Below, in pieces: positions 33,211 to 42,864 of a stretch of 64,000 bases of DNA. The translations under genes and the position numbers were made by a program. The DNA comes from Negativicutes bacterium. Its GTDB lineage: Bacteria; Bacillota; Negativicutes; JALHDB01. The stretch is from NCBI GenBank assembly GCA_022840825.1, contig JALHDB010000001.1, forward strand, positions 134,669 to 198,668, read 5' to 3'. Within the stretch, counting starts at the first letter, position 1. Each line of letters starts with the position of its first letter. The notes under the pieces were generated by a model. It ran no database searches and was not told where the DNA came from. It saw nothing but the letters and a program-made list of their open reading frames with translations.

Positions 33211-33663
33211 ATGTCGATCAAAGATAGATTGACTGAAGATATGAAGCAAGCCATGAAAGATCGAGAAGACGGAAAAATCCGTTTATCAGTAATTCGTATG
33301 ATTCGTTCCAGCATTAAAAATGTTGAGATAGACGAAAAAAAAGAACTTTCGGAAGAAGAAACGCTTGGTATAATTGCTAAAGAACTAAAAATGCGGCGTG
33401 ATTCATTAGCCGAATTTGAAAAGGCCAAGCGCGATGATCTGGCTGAATATGCCAAACAGGAAATCAAGATTTTGATGCAATATTTACCACAGCAGTTAAG
33501 CTCGGAAGAATTAAAGGCAATTATTGCTGAGGCAATTTCCAAGGTTGGTGCCGTTTCTGCAAAAGAAATGGGAAAAGTTATGGCAGCAGTTATGCCACAG
33601 GTCAAAGGACGGGCAGACGGCAAGATCATTAATACTATTGTGCGTGAGATGTTAGCTGAATAA
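33211..33663 (+). CDS. yqeY: GatB/YqeY domain protein
   Basis: 150 aa. Its position after rpsU matches Bacillus, and it has GatB C-terminal-like helical repeats. Confidence 0.85.
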   Translation: MSIKDRLTEDMKQAMKDREDGKIRLSVIRMIRSSIKNVEIDEKKELSEEETLGIIAKELKMRRDSLAEFEKAKRDDLAEYAKQEIKILMQYLPQQLSSEELKAIIAEAISKVGAVSAKEMGKVMAAVMPQVKGRADGKIINTIVREMLAE

Positions 33664-33667
33664 CTAT

Positions 33668-33698
33668 AAACGGGGCAGATTTGCCTCGTTTATTTTTT
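33668..33698 (+). terminator. Intrinsic terminator after yqeY
   Basis: AAACGGGGCA-loop-TGCCTCGTTT followed by ATTTTTT. Confidence 0.7.
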
Positions 33699-33761
33699 AT
33701 GAAGGAATGAGCTAGTTTTTTAACGAATATACCAGGTATAACATTTTCAGGGGGTTATCTT

Positions 33762-35060
33762 ATGGCTTTTTACCGCCGCTGGATCGTGGTTATGGTATTG
33801 TGTATAACGGCTTTTTTGTCAGCAAGCTATCCTATAGCCTATAGTAATGCATCACCGGTTGTGGTGGTGTATATTAAAGGCGAAATCGATCAAGGACAAG
33901 TTGCCTTAGTTCATCGAGCACTTGATAGTGCAGTTAAGAATAATGCACAGGCGGTTGTTGTTGAAATTGATACATTCGGCGGGTTGGTGGATTCTGCTAC
34001 GAAAATTCGGGATATGCTGATTGAATCTCGAATTAAGACTATCTGTTATATCAAGAATCGGGCGTGGTCAGCCGGAGCACTAATTGCGTTGGCTAACCAG
34101 CATATTGTAATTGCTCCCGGCGGAAGTATAGGCGCAGCGGAGCCTATTCCCACCACTGAAAAGACTGTGGCTGCTTTAAAAGCTGAATTTGCTTCTACAG
34201 CCACCAAAACCGGCCGTAATCCGCGTGTTGCCGAAGCAATGGTTGATAAATCGCTGGGGTTTGATCCCTATGCCAAGGCCGGACAAATCTTGGCTTTAAC
34301 CGACTATCAAGCTAAAGATGTAGGATATGCGGACTTAGTGGCGAGTAGTCAGCAAAAGCTATTTGAGCATTATGGCTTGAATGGGGCGCCGTTACAGGAA
34401 TATACACAGCAATGGTCTGAACGGGCGGCCGGCTGGTTGTCGAACCCATCCATTAAATCCTTACTTATTACTGTTATCTTTCTGTCGGTTCTGGCGGAAA
34501 TCAAGACTGCCGGGTTAGGTATTGCGGCGGTCATCGGCATGATTGCAGCATTACTGCTGTTTAGTAGTCAATGGCTGGTGGGAGTGATAAGCTGGTTGGA
34601 AATTTTGCTGTTCATCGGTGGTGTAGTGCTTATTGGTATGGAGCTTGCAGCGCCCGGATTATCTGTTTTTGGTATCAGCGGCATTATTTCAATTTTTGCC
34701 AGTTTGTTTTTAACCTTGGGAGCTAATGCCCAAGCGGTGAACTTATTAGCAATCAGTCTGGTTTTGGGTGTTGGTATCTTTTTACTGATAATGAAATGGC
34801 TGCCAACAAGTAAGTTGTGGATGAAACTGGTACTGAAGGATTCCGAAAATACCGAAGCAGGGTTTGTAAGCACAAAAAAATTTGATCATTACATTGGCTT
34901 AGAAGGGATTGTTATTACCAAACTGCGTCCGGCAGGGGTAGTAGAAATTGCCGGTGAAAAAATTGATGTTGTTTCGGAAGGACAATATATTCTTCCGGGG
35001 ACCAGAGTAAAGGTGGTGACAGTAAGCGGTAATAGGATTGTGGTTCGCCCTATTCAGTAA
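33762..35060 (+). CDS. nfeD: NfeD-family membrane protein (ClpP-class serine protease domain + OB-fold), YqeZ orthologue
   Basis: The N-terminal ClpP-like domain has a signal anchor. Hydrophobic TM segments sit in the middle and a C-terminal OB domain follows. The gene is paired with the downstream flotillin. Confidence 0.85.
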   Translation: MAFYRRWIVVMVLCITAFLSASYPIAYSNASPVVVVYIKGEIDQGQVALVHRALDSAVKNNAQAVVVEIDTFGGLVDSATKIRDMLIESRIKTICYIKNRAWSAGALIALANQHIVIAPGGSIGAAEPIPTTEKTVAALKAEFASTATKTGRNPRVAEAMVDKSLGFDPYAKAGQILALTDYQAKDVGYADLVASSQQKLFEHYGLNGAPLQEYTQQWSERAAGWLSNPSIKSLLITVIFLSVLAEIKTAGLGIAAVIGMIAALLLFSSQWLVGVISWLEILLFIGGVVLIGMELAAPGLSVFGISGIISIFASLFLTLGANAQAVNLLAISLVLGVGIFLLIMKWLPTSKLWMKLVLKDSENTEAGFVSTKKFDHYIGLEGIVITKLRPAGVVEIAGEKIDVVSEGQYILPGTRVKVVTVSGNRIVVRPIQ

Positions 35061-35080
35061 AATAGCGGAGGTGTATTATT

Positions 35081-36076
35081 ATGGGTACTGTGATTGGTAG
35101 CGTTTTTATTTTGGTTGTTGCAATTTTTGCTTTAAGTATATTCTTTCATTTTGTACCGATTGGCTTGTGGATTTCGGCAATTGCCGCCGGAGTACGGGTG
35201 GGTATTTTTACTTTGATTGGTATGCGGTTGCGTCGAGTTCCTCCGGCACAGATCGTAATGCCGCTTATAAAGGCTAATAAAGCCGGATTGGATGTCAGTG
35301 TAAATCAATTAGAAGCTCATTACTTAGCAGGTGGAAATGTTGACCGAGTTATTGATGCCTTAGTTGCAGCGCATCGGGCACAGATTCCGTTGTCCTTTGA
35401 ACGGTCTTGTGCAATCGATTTGGCCGGTCGAAATGTGTTGGAAGCTGTACAAATGAGTGTAAACCCCAAAGTAATTGAAACTCCGATTGTATCGGCAGTT
35501 GCCAAAAACGGAATAGAGTTAAAAGTAAAAGCTAGAGTTACAGTGCGGGCTAACATTGACCGGTTGGTTGGTGGAGCAGGTGAGGCTACAATAATTGCCC
35601 GTGTAGGCGAAGGAATTGTTACTAATGTTGGTTCTGCTGACCATCATACGGAAGTACTGGAAAACCCGGATCATATTTCCCGTACTATTTTGGAAAAGGG
35701 ACTTGATGCCGGTACGGCATTTGAAATACTGTCAATCGATATTGCTGATGTTGACGTTGGCAGAAATATCGGAGCAGAGTTGATGACCAATCAAGCCGAA
35801 GCTGATAAGCGGATCGCTCAAGCCAAGGCCGAGGAACGGCGGGCCATGGCAGTGGCGAAAGAACAGGAAATGAAAGCTTATACCCAGGAAATGCAGGCTA
35901 AGGTCGTTGAAGCCCAGGCTGATGTTCCTCGTGCCCTGTCAGTTGCTTTAAAAGAAGGGAAACTGGGAGTAATGGATTACTATAACATGAATAATGTCTT
36001 GGCGGATACGCAAATGCGGGAGACTATCAGTAAGGCCGGGATTATTGACACTAAACCAGAAGAACCGAAGAAATAG
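35081..36076 (+). CDS. floA: Flotillin-like protein FloA (SPFH domain)
   Basis: 331 aa with an N-terminal TM, an SPFH domain and a C-terminal EA-rich coiled coil. It is YqfA-like. Confidence 0.9.
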   Translation: MGTVIGSVFILVVAIFALSIFFHFVPIGLWISAIAAGVRVGIFTLIGMRLRRVPPAQIVMPLIKANKAGLDVSVNQLEAHYLAGGNVDRVIDALVAAHRAQIPLSFERSCAIDLAGRNVLEAVQMSVNPKVIETPIVSAVAKNGIELKVKARVTVRANIDRLVGGAGEATIIARVGEGIVTNVGSADHHTEVLENPDHISRTILEKGLDAGTAFEILSIDIADVDVGRNIGAELMTNQAEADKRIAQAKAEERRAMAVAKEQEMKAYTQEMQAKVVEAQADVPRALSVALKEGKLGVMDYYNMNNVLADTQMRETISKAGIIDTKPEEPKK

Positions 36077-36084
36077 GTGATATT

Positions 36085-36474
36085 ATGGACTGGGATTTTA
36101 TCGGGCCACTGCTTTTATTGGCAATAATATACGGATTACCGGAGTTATTTAGAAAACGGCGTAAAGGACAGCAGCAAGAATTTCCCGAGCCTGAGGAAAT
36201 CGAGGTCGTTTTACCGCCACCGGTAGAACCGCCACCCGTTATTCAGGCTAAGATTCCGCCGATTGGTATCAGCCAACAGCAACCAAGTTTTAGTGATGAA
36301 AAGCAGACAGCAGATACCAAGACCGAGGTGAGTTCGGTGGTATCCAAGCAAATGTTTATCAGCCGGCACACTATTGTAAATGGCTTGATTTTCTCCGAAA
36401 TATTGCAAAAACCAAAAGCGTTTAGATCTAATTTTGCCGGTAGTAGAACCAGACGTGGTAATGACTTAAAATAA
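36085..36474 (+). CDS. Small membrane-anchored proline-rich protein in the YqfB position
   Basis: It has an N-terminal TM followed by a basic stretch and then a PPPVEPPPV proline-rich linker. The RBS AGGTGA precedes it. Confidence 0.6.
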   Translation: MDWDFIGPLLLLAIIYGLPELFRKRRKGQQQEFPEPEEIEVVLPPPVEPPPVIQAKIPPIGISQQQPSFSDEKQTADTKTEVSSVVSKQMFISRHTIVNGLIFSEILQKPKAFRSNFAGSRTRRGNDLK

Positions 36475-36480
36475 ATAATT

Positions 36481-36520
36481 AATCAAGGGTTTTTAGAATA
36501 ATAACCCTTGATTTTTTTTT
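36481..36520 (+). terminator. Intrinsic terminator after the nfeD-floA-yqfB operon
   Basis: A perfect 10-bp stem ATCAAGGGTT / AACCCTTGAT is followed by a T9 tract. Confidence 0.85.
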
Positions 36521-36575
36521 GCGGTTTTGCGCACAATAATTAAAATCGGAATTTTTGTACAAGGAGGCGCAAGTG

Positions 36576-38060
36576 ATGACGCAATATAAGGGAAGGCTGA
36601 CATTTGCAAAAGGTACTTATGTTGAATTTGTTGTTGCGCCTAATCAAGATGTTGATTTTGGAGATATTGTGGTTGTAGAGGGAAAAAATAATGATCGCTT
36701 CTATGTTCGAACCTATGACTTTAAAGTCAAGTCTCGCTGGTCAGGGTTAAATGGTGTAAATTATTTAATGAGTAAGCTTGATGAAAATGGTCAGGTGGTA
36801 AATCAAGAAGAATTAGATTTTTATCTTGGGGGCAATCATACCGTCAAGGTAGCTATGGCTGAACAGCTTTGCTATTCAGATGGTGATGGGCATCTGTTCA
36901 ATCCCAAAACATGTCCGGATTTTTTTTGCGAAGTTAGGTCCTTAAGTACCGACGATACGTCATTGCTCAAAGAGTTAAAAGGAGATATTGAAATTGGCTA
37001 TTTAAAGACTGGCAGAAGTGTTTTGGATTTACCGGTCGGTATTTATGGTTCTAAAGCTATTACTGAACATATCGGTATATTTGGAACGACCGGCTCAGGA
37101 AAAAGTAATCTGGTAAAAGTGCTAGCCAGTTCGGTCATGGACAACGGCAACTACGGCTTATTGATTTTCGATGTTCATAATGAATATTGCGGCGACTTAG
37201 CGCAGCATACCAAGGCTGAACAATCTTTACGTGTTTATAATCCCGGTTCAGTTAGTGCTTCGGCCCAAAAGTTTTATATCAGTCCAAGTGAAATTGAGCC
37301 ACAGAATATTGTTTCTTGTGCTAACTTTACCGAACCACAGCTAGACGCTCTGTACAAAATTTCATCGGTGTGGCAAGATAGCTGGATGGAATACATGTTA
37401 AAATATGAAACCCAAGATATCATTGAAGAATTAGCCGGCTGTACCGGACAAAAATTTCAATCCCGTACGATTAGCAAGATCAAAAGTATTTGCTGGAATA
37501 TCGAGCAGGAACTTAATTTATCAGATTCGGAACAAAGTGTTCTAAGCAATATTTTGGCGGAATTAGAGCAAGGAAAGGTTGTTATCATCGAACTCAAAAA
37601 TGTTTCACCGGTAGGAGAGCAAGTGTTATCCACGCTATTATCCAAGAAATTGCTAAAGCATTATGCAAATAAGCCTAACCGCAATGACAGTCGGCCAATT
37701 TTAGTAATTTTAGAAGAAGCGCATCGATTTTTAGGCAGAAAGGAACGGGTTAGCGAAAACATATTCGCTAGATTAGTCAGTGAGGCGCGCAAATTCAATT
37801 TAGGGTTATGTGTTGTTGATCAACAGCCACGATTGCTGCATGATCAAGTGCTTTCACAACTGAATACATTGTTTATTTTAGGTTTGGCCTCTAAAGCAGA
37901 TAGGAATAAATTAGAAACTATGTGTAGAAAGGATATCCTTCAACAACGCAATGAAATAAAAAATTTAGATTGCGGAGAAATGATTGTGGCTACAAATTAT
38001 ATGAGATTTGCTGCACCGGTAAAAGTGCATAAATTTGATGATTTCTTACAGCGCAGCTAA
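36576..38060 (+). CDS. Standalone HerA/FtsK-superfamily ATPase (DUF87; N-terminal HAS-barrel-like domain + P-loop ATPase)
   Basis: RBS AAGGAGG lies 8 nt before ATG at 36576. Walker A is GIFGTTGSGKSN and the HerA-type Walker B is ILVILEEAHRFL (EEAH). About 170 aa precede the P-loop. Confidence 0.8.
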   Translation: MTQYKGRLTFAKGTYVEFVVAPNQDVDFGDIVVVEGKNNDRFYVRTYDFKVKSRWSGLNGVNYLMSKLDENGQVVNQEELDFYLGGNHTVKVAMAEQLCYSDGDGHLFNPKTCPDFFCEVRSLSTDDTSLLKELKGDIEIGYLKTGRSVLDLPVGIYGSKAITEHIGIFGTTGSGKSNLVKVLASSVMDNGNYGLLIFDVHNEYCGDLAQHTKAEQSLRVYNPGSVSASAQKFYISPSEIEPQNIVSCANFTEPQLDALYKISSVWQDSWMEYMLKYETQDIIEELAGCTGQKFQSRTISKIKSICWNIEQELNLSDSEQSVLSNILAELEQGKVVIIELKNVSPVGEQVLSTLLSKKLLKHYANKPNRNDSRPILVILEEAHRFLGRKERVSENIFARLVSEARKFNLGLCVVDQQPRLLHDQVLSQLNTLFILGLASKADRNKLETMCRKDILQQRNEIKNLDCGEMIVATNYMRFAAPVKVHKFDDFLQRS

Positions 38061-38080
38061 TTTTGAAAATAAATTTCCGT

Positions 38081-38129
38081 AATAACACAAGCCAAATACA
38101 GTCCGTTGCTTGCGTATGGACTGTATTTG
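38081..38129 (+). terminator. Perfect 24-25 bp hairpin (AATAACACAAGCCAAATACAGTCC / GGACTGTATTTGGCTTGTGTTATT, 12-nt loop) without a U tract. It is a possible factor-independent terminator or RNA structural element.
   Basis: The inverted repeat is read directly. The stem is unusually long and perfect. Confidence 0.45.
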
Positions 38130-38189
38130 GCTTGTGTTATTAGTACTCTATCACGCATACAATTATAAATAGAGTTTGGGGGGAGTGGG

Positions 38190-38465
38190 ATGCAACGAAA
38201 ACAGGATCATTTACGAAGATTGGCTGCCATACTAGAAATTCCGCAAGACATTGTATTGGATTTGCCGCGCATAACTATGTTAGGTAATCAGCAAGTTTTG
38301 ATTGAAAACCATAAAGGAATTATTGAATATACACCTTTATTAGTAAGAGTGAGCTTAAACCGGGGAGAATTGGTCATCATTGGGCAGAATATATCATTAG
38401 GCAGTTTACAGTCTGAGCAGATATTGGTAGAAGGTACCATTACCCAGCTTAATTATGATATTTGA
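38190..38465 (+). CDS. yqfC: Sporulation protein YqfC
   Basis: 91 aa with the conserved DLPRITMLGN...IENHKGI motif of YqfC. Confidence 0.9.
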   Translation: MQRKQDHLRRLAAILEIPQDIVLDLPRITMLGNQQVLIENHKGIIEYTPLLVRVSLNRGELVIIGQNISLGSLQSEQILVEGTITQLNYDI

Positions 38466-38477
38466 GGAGGATAGTTT

Positions 38478-39659
38478 ATGCTAATGCTCAATATCATAAA
38501 CTTTATAACTGGTATTGTAAAGATTCGCATAAGCGGTTTATTTCCAGAAAAATTTATTAATTTATGTATTGCCCAAAATATACTGCTGTGGAAAATTATT
38601 GAAACACAGGAATGTTTTTATGCTTACATCCGGCTGACAGATTTTTTGCAAATTCGTCCGTTGGTGCTGCGCAGCAGGGTTCGTATTAAAGTAATGGAAT
38701 ATTACGGCTTGCCGTTTATTAAAAAGAGACTTAAAAAAAGGAAAGTACTGGTAATTGGTGCGATAATTTCAGTTGTAGTGTTAAATGTATTATCTTCTTT
38801 TGTATGGTTTGTGGATGTGCAAGGGAACAAGCTTGTTTCAGATTTAGATATCAAGCAGATCGCGCAAAATAATGGTTTGAAAGTCGGTATAGCAAAATCA
38901 ACAATAACTGTTAAAAATATAGAGAATGCTATTCTTTATCACCTTCCCACAGTCGCTTGGACCAGTGTGAGTATTAATGGAACACGGGCCTTAATTGAGG
39001 TAGTGGAAAAGACTTTGCCGCCACCTCTTGAAAGCAGTCCGGCTGACCTAGTTGCAGTTAAAGATGGAGAAATAACTGAAATTGTCCTTATTTACGGCGA
39101 GCCGGTTGTAAAAGTTGGCGATAGAGTCAGCAAAGGCGATCTTTTAATCAGGCATTCGCTAGTATTAGCGGAAGCGTCAAAAAGTATAAGGGCAAAAGGT
39201 ATAATAAACGCAAAGGTAAGATATGAAGCATTAGGTGAGGCTAAGACCAAAGAAGAACAATATTTGCGAACAGGTCAAAGAAAAGTTGCGGTTGCCGTAG
39301 ATTTTAATAATCAAAAGTTATGGTTAAAAAAAGCTGATGTTAGTCAATATTCATTTTTTGAAAAGGAACAAATATGTAAAAGCTTTTCGAAGTGGAGGAA
39401 AGGAGGTTTTCCTGTCGAATTACATATTGATGTTTATCATGAATTAGAAAAAAAATGGTCACTGCAATCTTATGATCAAGCTGTTGAGAAGGCAAAGATA
39501 CAGGCGCTATCCCAAATTCAAAATATTATTCCGTTAAATGCCCAAATCTTAAAACGGGAAATTGAAGTTATGTCGGATGAAGACAATATGAATGTCAACG
39601 TAAAGGCGATAATTGAAACGATAGAAGATATTGGTCAGGATTTAGTTATTGAACAATAA
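38478..39659 (+). CDS. yqfD: Sporulation protein YqfD (stage IV)
   Basis: 393 aa with the N-terminal motif VKIRISGLFPEKFINLC, a TM segment, and its position after yqfC. Confidence 0.88.
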   Translation: MLMLNIINFITGIVKIRISGLFPEKFINLCIAQNILLWKIIETQECFYAYIRLTDFLQIRPLVLRSRVRIKVMEYYGLPFIKKRLKKRKVLVIGAIISVVVLNVLSSFVWFVDVQGNKLVSDLDIKQIAQNNGLKVGIAKSTITVKNIENAILYHLPTVAWTSVSINGTRALIEVVEKTLPPPLESSPADLVAVKDGEITEIVLIYGEPVVKVGDRVSKGDLLIRHSLVLAEASKSIRAKGIINAKVRYEALGEAKTKEEQYLRTGQRKVAVAVDFNNQKLWLKKADVSQYSFFEKEQICKSFSKWRKGGFPVELHIDVYHELEKKWSLQSYDQAVEKAKIQALSQIQNIIPLNAQILKREIEVMSDEDNMNVNVKAIIETIEDIGQDLVIEQ

Positions 39660-39673
39660 TAAGGAGGCATATT

Positions 39674-40633
39674 TTGCAGACTCAAGAAAAAGTTACTTTT
39701 GCCGATAGCCAGGAAATTATTGCAGTTGTTGGGCGCCATGACGAGCATATTAAGATTATAAATGATATTTTTGCTTGCAAGATCGTACCTCGCGGCGATG
39801 AAATAATGATTAGTGGTGAAGATACCGAAGTCAGACAAATAGTTCATTTGTTTCAAGAATTATTATATTTGTACAGGCAAGGAAACGCGATTACAACCCA
39901 CGAAGTTCGCTACGGGATTCGGATGATCAAGGAGAATCAGAGCGAAGCTCTTCATAGAATGTTTGCAGACTCAGTGTTAATTACTGCCCGAGGTAAACAC
40001 ATTAAACCGAAAACACTAGGCCAACGAGTCTACTTAGAGGCAATCAGGCAAAACTATATAACAATCGGAATAGGTCCCGCCGGAACTGGGAAAACTTATC
40101 TTGCAGTAGCAATGGCAGTTTTTTCCTTGAAAAACAGAGAAGTCGACAGGATAATTTTGACTCGCCCCGCTGTGGAAGCAGGTGAAAAGCTTGGCTTTCT
40201 GCCTGGAGACTTACAGGAGAAAGTTGATCCCTACTTAAGACCATTATACGATGCGTTGTATGATTTATTAGGATTAGAAACATTTCAAAAATATATGGCA
40301 AAAAATATTATTGAGGTTGCACCGTTAGCATATATGCGCGGACGGACATTGGACGACTCCTTCATTATTTTGGACGAAGCACAAAACACTACTACCGAAC
40401 AAATGAAGATGTTTTTGACCAGGCTGGGTTTTGGTTCTAAGATGGTCGTCACAGGAGATGTAACGCAAGTGGATTTGCCGTCAGGAAAAGTATCCGGATT
40501 AAAACAGGCACAAGCTGTTTTGCAAAACATAGCCGGTATACAGACGGTCTTGTTTGATGACCGTGACGTAGTTAGACATGAAATAGTAGGTCATATAATT
40601 AAAGCCTACGAAAGTTTTGATACCGCAAAATAA
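39674..40633 (+). CDS. phoH: PhoH-like ATPase (YbeZ family)
   Basis: Walker A GPAGTGKTYLAV is present. The gene pairs with the downstream ybeY region. Confidence 0.9.
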   Translation: MQTQEKVTFADSQEIIAVVGRHDEHIKIINDIFACKIVPRGDEIMISGEDTEVRQIVHLFQELLYLYRQGNAITTHEVRYGIRMIKENQSEALHRMFADSVLITARGKHIKPKTLGQRVYLEAIRQNYITIGIGPAGTGKTYLAVAMAVFSLKNREVDRIILTRPAVEAGEKLGFLPGDLQEKVDPYLRPLYDALYDLLGLETFQKYMAKNIIEVAPLAYMRGRTLDDSFIILDEAQNTTTEQMKMFLTRLGFGSKMVVTGDVTQVDLPSGKVSGLKQAQAVLQNIAGIQTVLFDDRDVVRHEIVGHIIKAYESFDTAK

Positions 40634-40662
40634 TTCGGTATCGCATATTTGGAGTTGATGGG

Positions 40663-42864
40663 ATGTCATCATTTAATAATAAGGTGCGTAACTTTTTTGA
40701 CCAGCATGCCAGCATTTATTCAAAACCTATTTTTAGGCTAATCGTGTTAGGTCTGGCCGTTTTTACCGTACTTATGGTTTTGTTGTCGGCAGATTTGGTA
40801 CCTTCAAAATTATCACTTAAAGTAGGACAAGTAAGTGACCGCGACGTGGTATCACCTCGAACCGTTTCATTTATTGATGAGATAAAGACTAAAAAGTTAC
40901 AAATGGAAACAGTAGCTGGAGTAGCCAACGTCTATGATTTAGATACCAGCGTAATTACCAAAGTAGAGGGAGAAGTTTCGGTACTATTTCAAACAACACG
41001 ATCAATTTTTGCCAATGAGCTTCTTAATAGTGCTGAAGCAAGGAAAGACAAACTTAAATCTACTCTACCGACTATTTCGGGAGTATCTTATAGCGATGAA
41101 ATACTTGCAGCCATCGCTCGACTTAAAAAAAATGACTTAGATCAAACTGAAAAGACCACCAAATTATTATTGACTAAATCCTTTCAAAGAGGGATCCGCG
41201 AAGGTGATCTTGATTTCGCTAAAAAGAATGTTGCGCTGGAAATTGAAGCACTTAATCTTAACACGACTATCGAAAATGCAGTTTTGGCGATTGTCCAGCC
41301 CCTTTTGCAGCCAAATCTAATTCTCAATGTAAAAGAAACTGATAAGCGCCGTAAGTCAGCCTCAGCTAGTGTTGAGCCGGTCCGGCAAACGATCAAAAAA
41401 GGTCAAATTTTGGTCCGACGCGGCGACTTAGTTACTGATGAACAGATCAAGGCTGTTGAAGAAGTTGGCTTGCTGGCAAGTCATATGAGTGAGACCCGCA
41501 TGATTGGGCTGGCAATATTTCTGCTAGCCGTAATGTCGGTGATTTTAGGGTATATTTATAAATTGTTTCCGCGAATTTTTGCTAATGAAGTTTATTTGCT
41601 ATTAATGAGTTTAATTATAATTTTAACTTTAATACTTAGCAAAGCGACTCATTACTTTTCAAATTTTTTAGCTCCGGTAGCGGTCGGGGCATTATTGACT
41701 TCAATATTAATTGATATGAGAATAGGTGTGTTGCTGGCAATGGCAACTTCCCTATTGTTTGGGATTATTGTCGACATGGATTTTCGCTCAGTTGCAGTTG
41801 CCTTGGCCGGCAGTCTGGCAGGAGTATACAGTGTGTCCAAATTGATACATGGCTATAGTCTTACCCGCGCCGGTGTGATTATTGCAGCAGTCAATTTTTC
41901 GGTAATTATATCTACCGGACTAATTGCCCAGATAGACTACATGCAAATCATGATGCAAGCTTTGTGGGGTATTGTCGGCGGTATAGCGGCCGCTGTTATT
42001 ACTATTGGCTTACTGCCTTATTTAGAGAATACTTTTCATATTACCACACCGATTTCTTTGCTAAATTTGGCCAAGCCTAATCATCCTTTGTTACAACAAC
42101 TGCTGCTGAGTGCACCGGGTACCTATCATCATAGTGTTCTGGTTGGGAATATGGCTGAAACTGCCGCTGATTTAGTAGGTGCAGATCCTATCACCGTAAG
42201 AATTGGTGCATATTATCATGATGTCGGTAAAATTAAAAGACCATACTTTTTCATCGAAAATCAAATTTCCGATGAAAACCCTCATGATAAAATTGCACCC
42301 AGTTTAAGCACTTTAATAGTAACTTCACATGTCAAAGATGGTGTTGATCTATGCCGGGAATTTAAAATTCCGAAGGTTATCATTGATATCGTAGAGCAGC
42401 ATCACGGTACCTTGCTGGTTAGTTATTTTTACCGCCGCGCTACCGAGAATGAGCATAGTGAGTGCATAGTCGAAGCTGATTTTCGTTATGAAGGACCACG
42501 GCCGCAGACGAAGGAAGCAGCTTTAGTGATGCTGGCAGATGCTTGTGAGGCTGCGGTTCGTTCTTTATCGCGGCCTAATATCAATCGTATTGAAGGTACG
42601 GTTCGTAAACTGATACGGGAACGATTGCTTGATGGTCAGCTTGACGAATGTAATTTGACATTTAAAGATTTAAATATAATTGGCGATGTGTTTATTCGTC
42701 TGTTATCCGGAACCTTTCATAACCGGATAGAATATTCGGATGTTAAGGACTTAGAGAGGAGGGGCAATAAGAATGCAAATAATGTTAGAAACGGTTCAGG
42801 AAAAGATAATTGTGACTCCGCAAATGGAGCAAATAATTCAGTTAGTGCTAAGAACGGCAGCTGA
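40663..42864 (+). CDS. pgpH: 7TM-receptor HD-domain phosphohydrolase (YqfF/PgpH-like cyclic-di-AMP phosphodiesterase)
   Basis: It has an extracellular N-domain, 7 TM helices and an HD domain (HHSVLVGNMAE, YYHDVGKI). An unusual Asn/Gly/Ser-rich C-terminal tail overlaps ybeY by 92 nt. Confidence 0.8.
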   Translation: MSSFNNKVRNFFDQHASIYSKPIFRLIVLGLAVFTVLMVLLSADLVPSKLSLKVGQVSDRDVVSPRTVSFIDEIKTKKLQMETVAGVANVYDLDTSVITKVEGEVSVLFQTTRSIFANELLNSAEARKDKLKSTLPTISGVSYSDEILAAIARLKKNDLDQTEKTTKLLLTKSFQRGIREGDLDFAKKNVALEIEALNLNTTIENAVLAIVQPLLQPNLILNVKETDKRRKSASASVEPVRQTIKKGQILVRRGDLVTDEQIKAVEEVGLLASHMSETRMIGLAIFLLAVMSVILGYIYKLFPRIFANEVYLLLMSLIIILTLILSKATHYFSNFLAPVAVGALLTSILIDMRIGVLLAMATSLLFGIIVDMDFRSVAVALAGSLAGVYSVSKLIHGYSLTRAGVIIAAVNFSVIISTGLIAQIDYMQIMMQALWGIVGGIAAAVITIGLLPYLENTFHITTPISLLNLAKPNHPLLQQLLLSAPGTYHHSVLVGNMAETAADLVGADPITVRIGAYYHDVGKIKRPYFFIENQISDENPHDKIAPSLSTLIVTSHVKDGVDLCREFKIPKVIIDIVEQHHGTLLVSYFYRRATENEHSECIVEADFRYEGPRPQTKEAALVMLADACEAAVRSLSRPNINRIEGTVRKLIRERLLDGQLDECNLTFKDLNIIGDVFIRLLSGTFHNRIEYSDVKDLERRGNKNANNVRNGSGKDNCDSANGANNSVSAKNGS

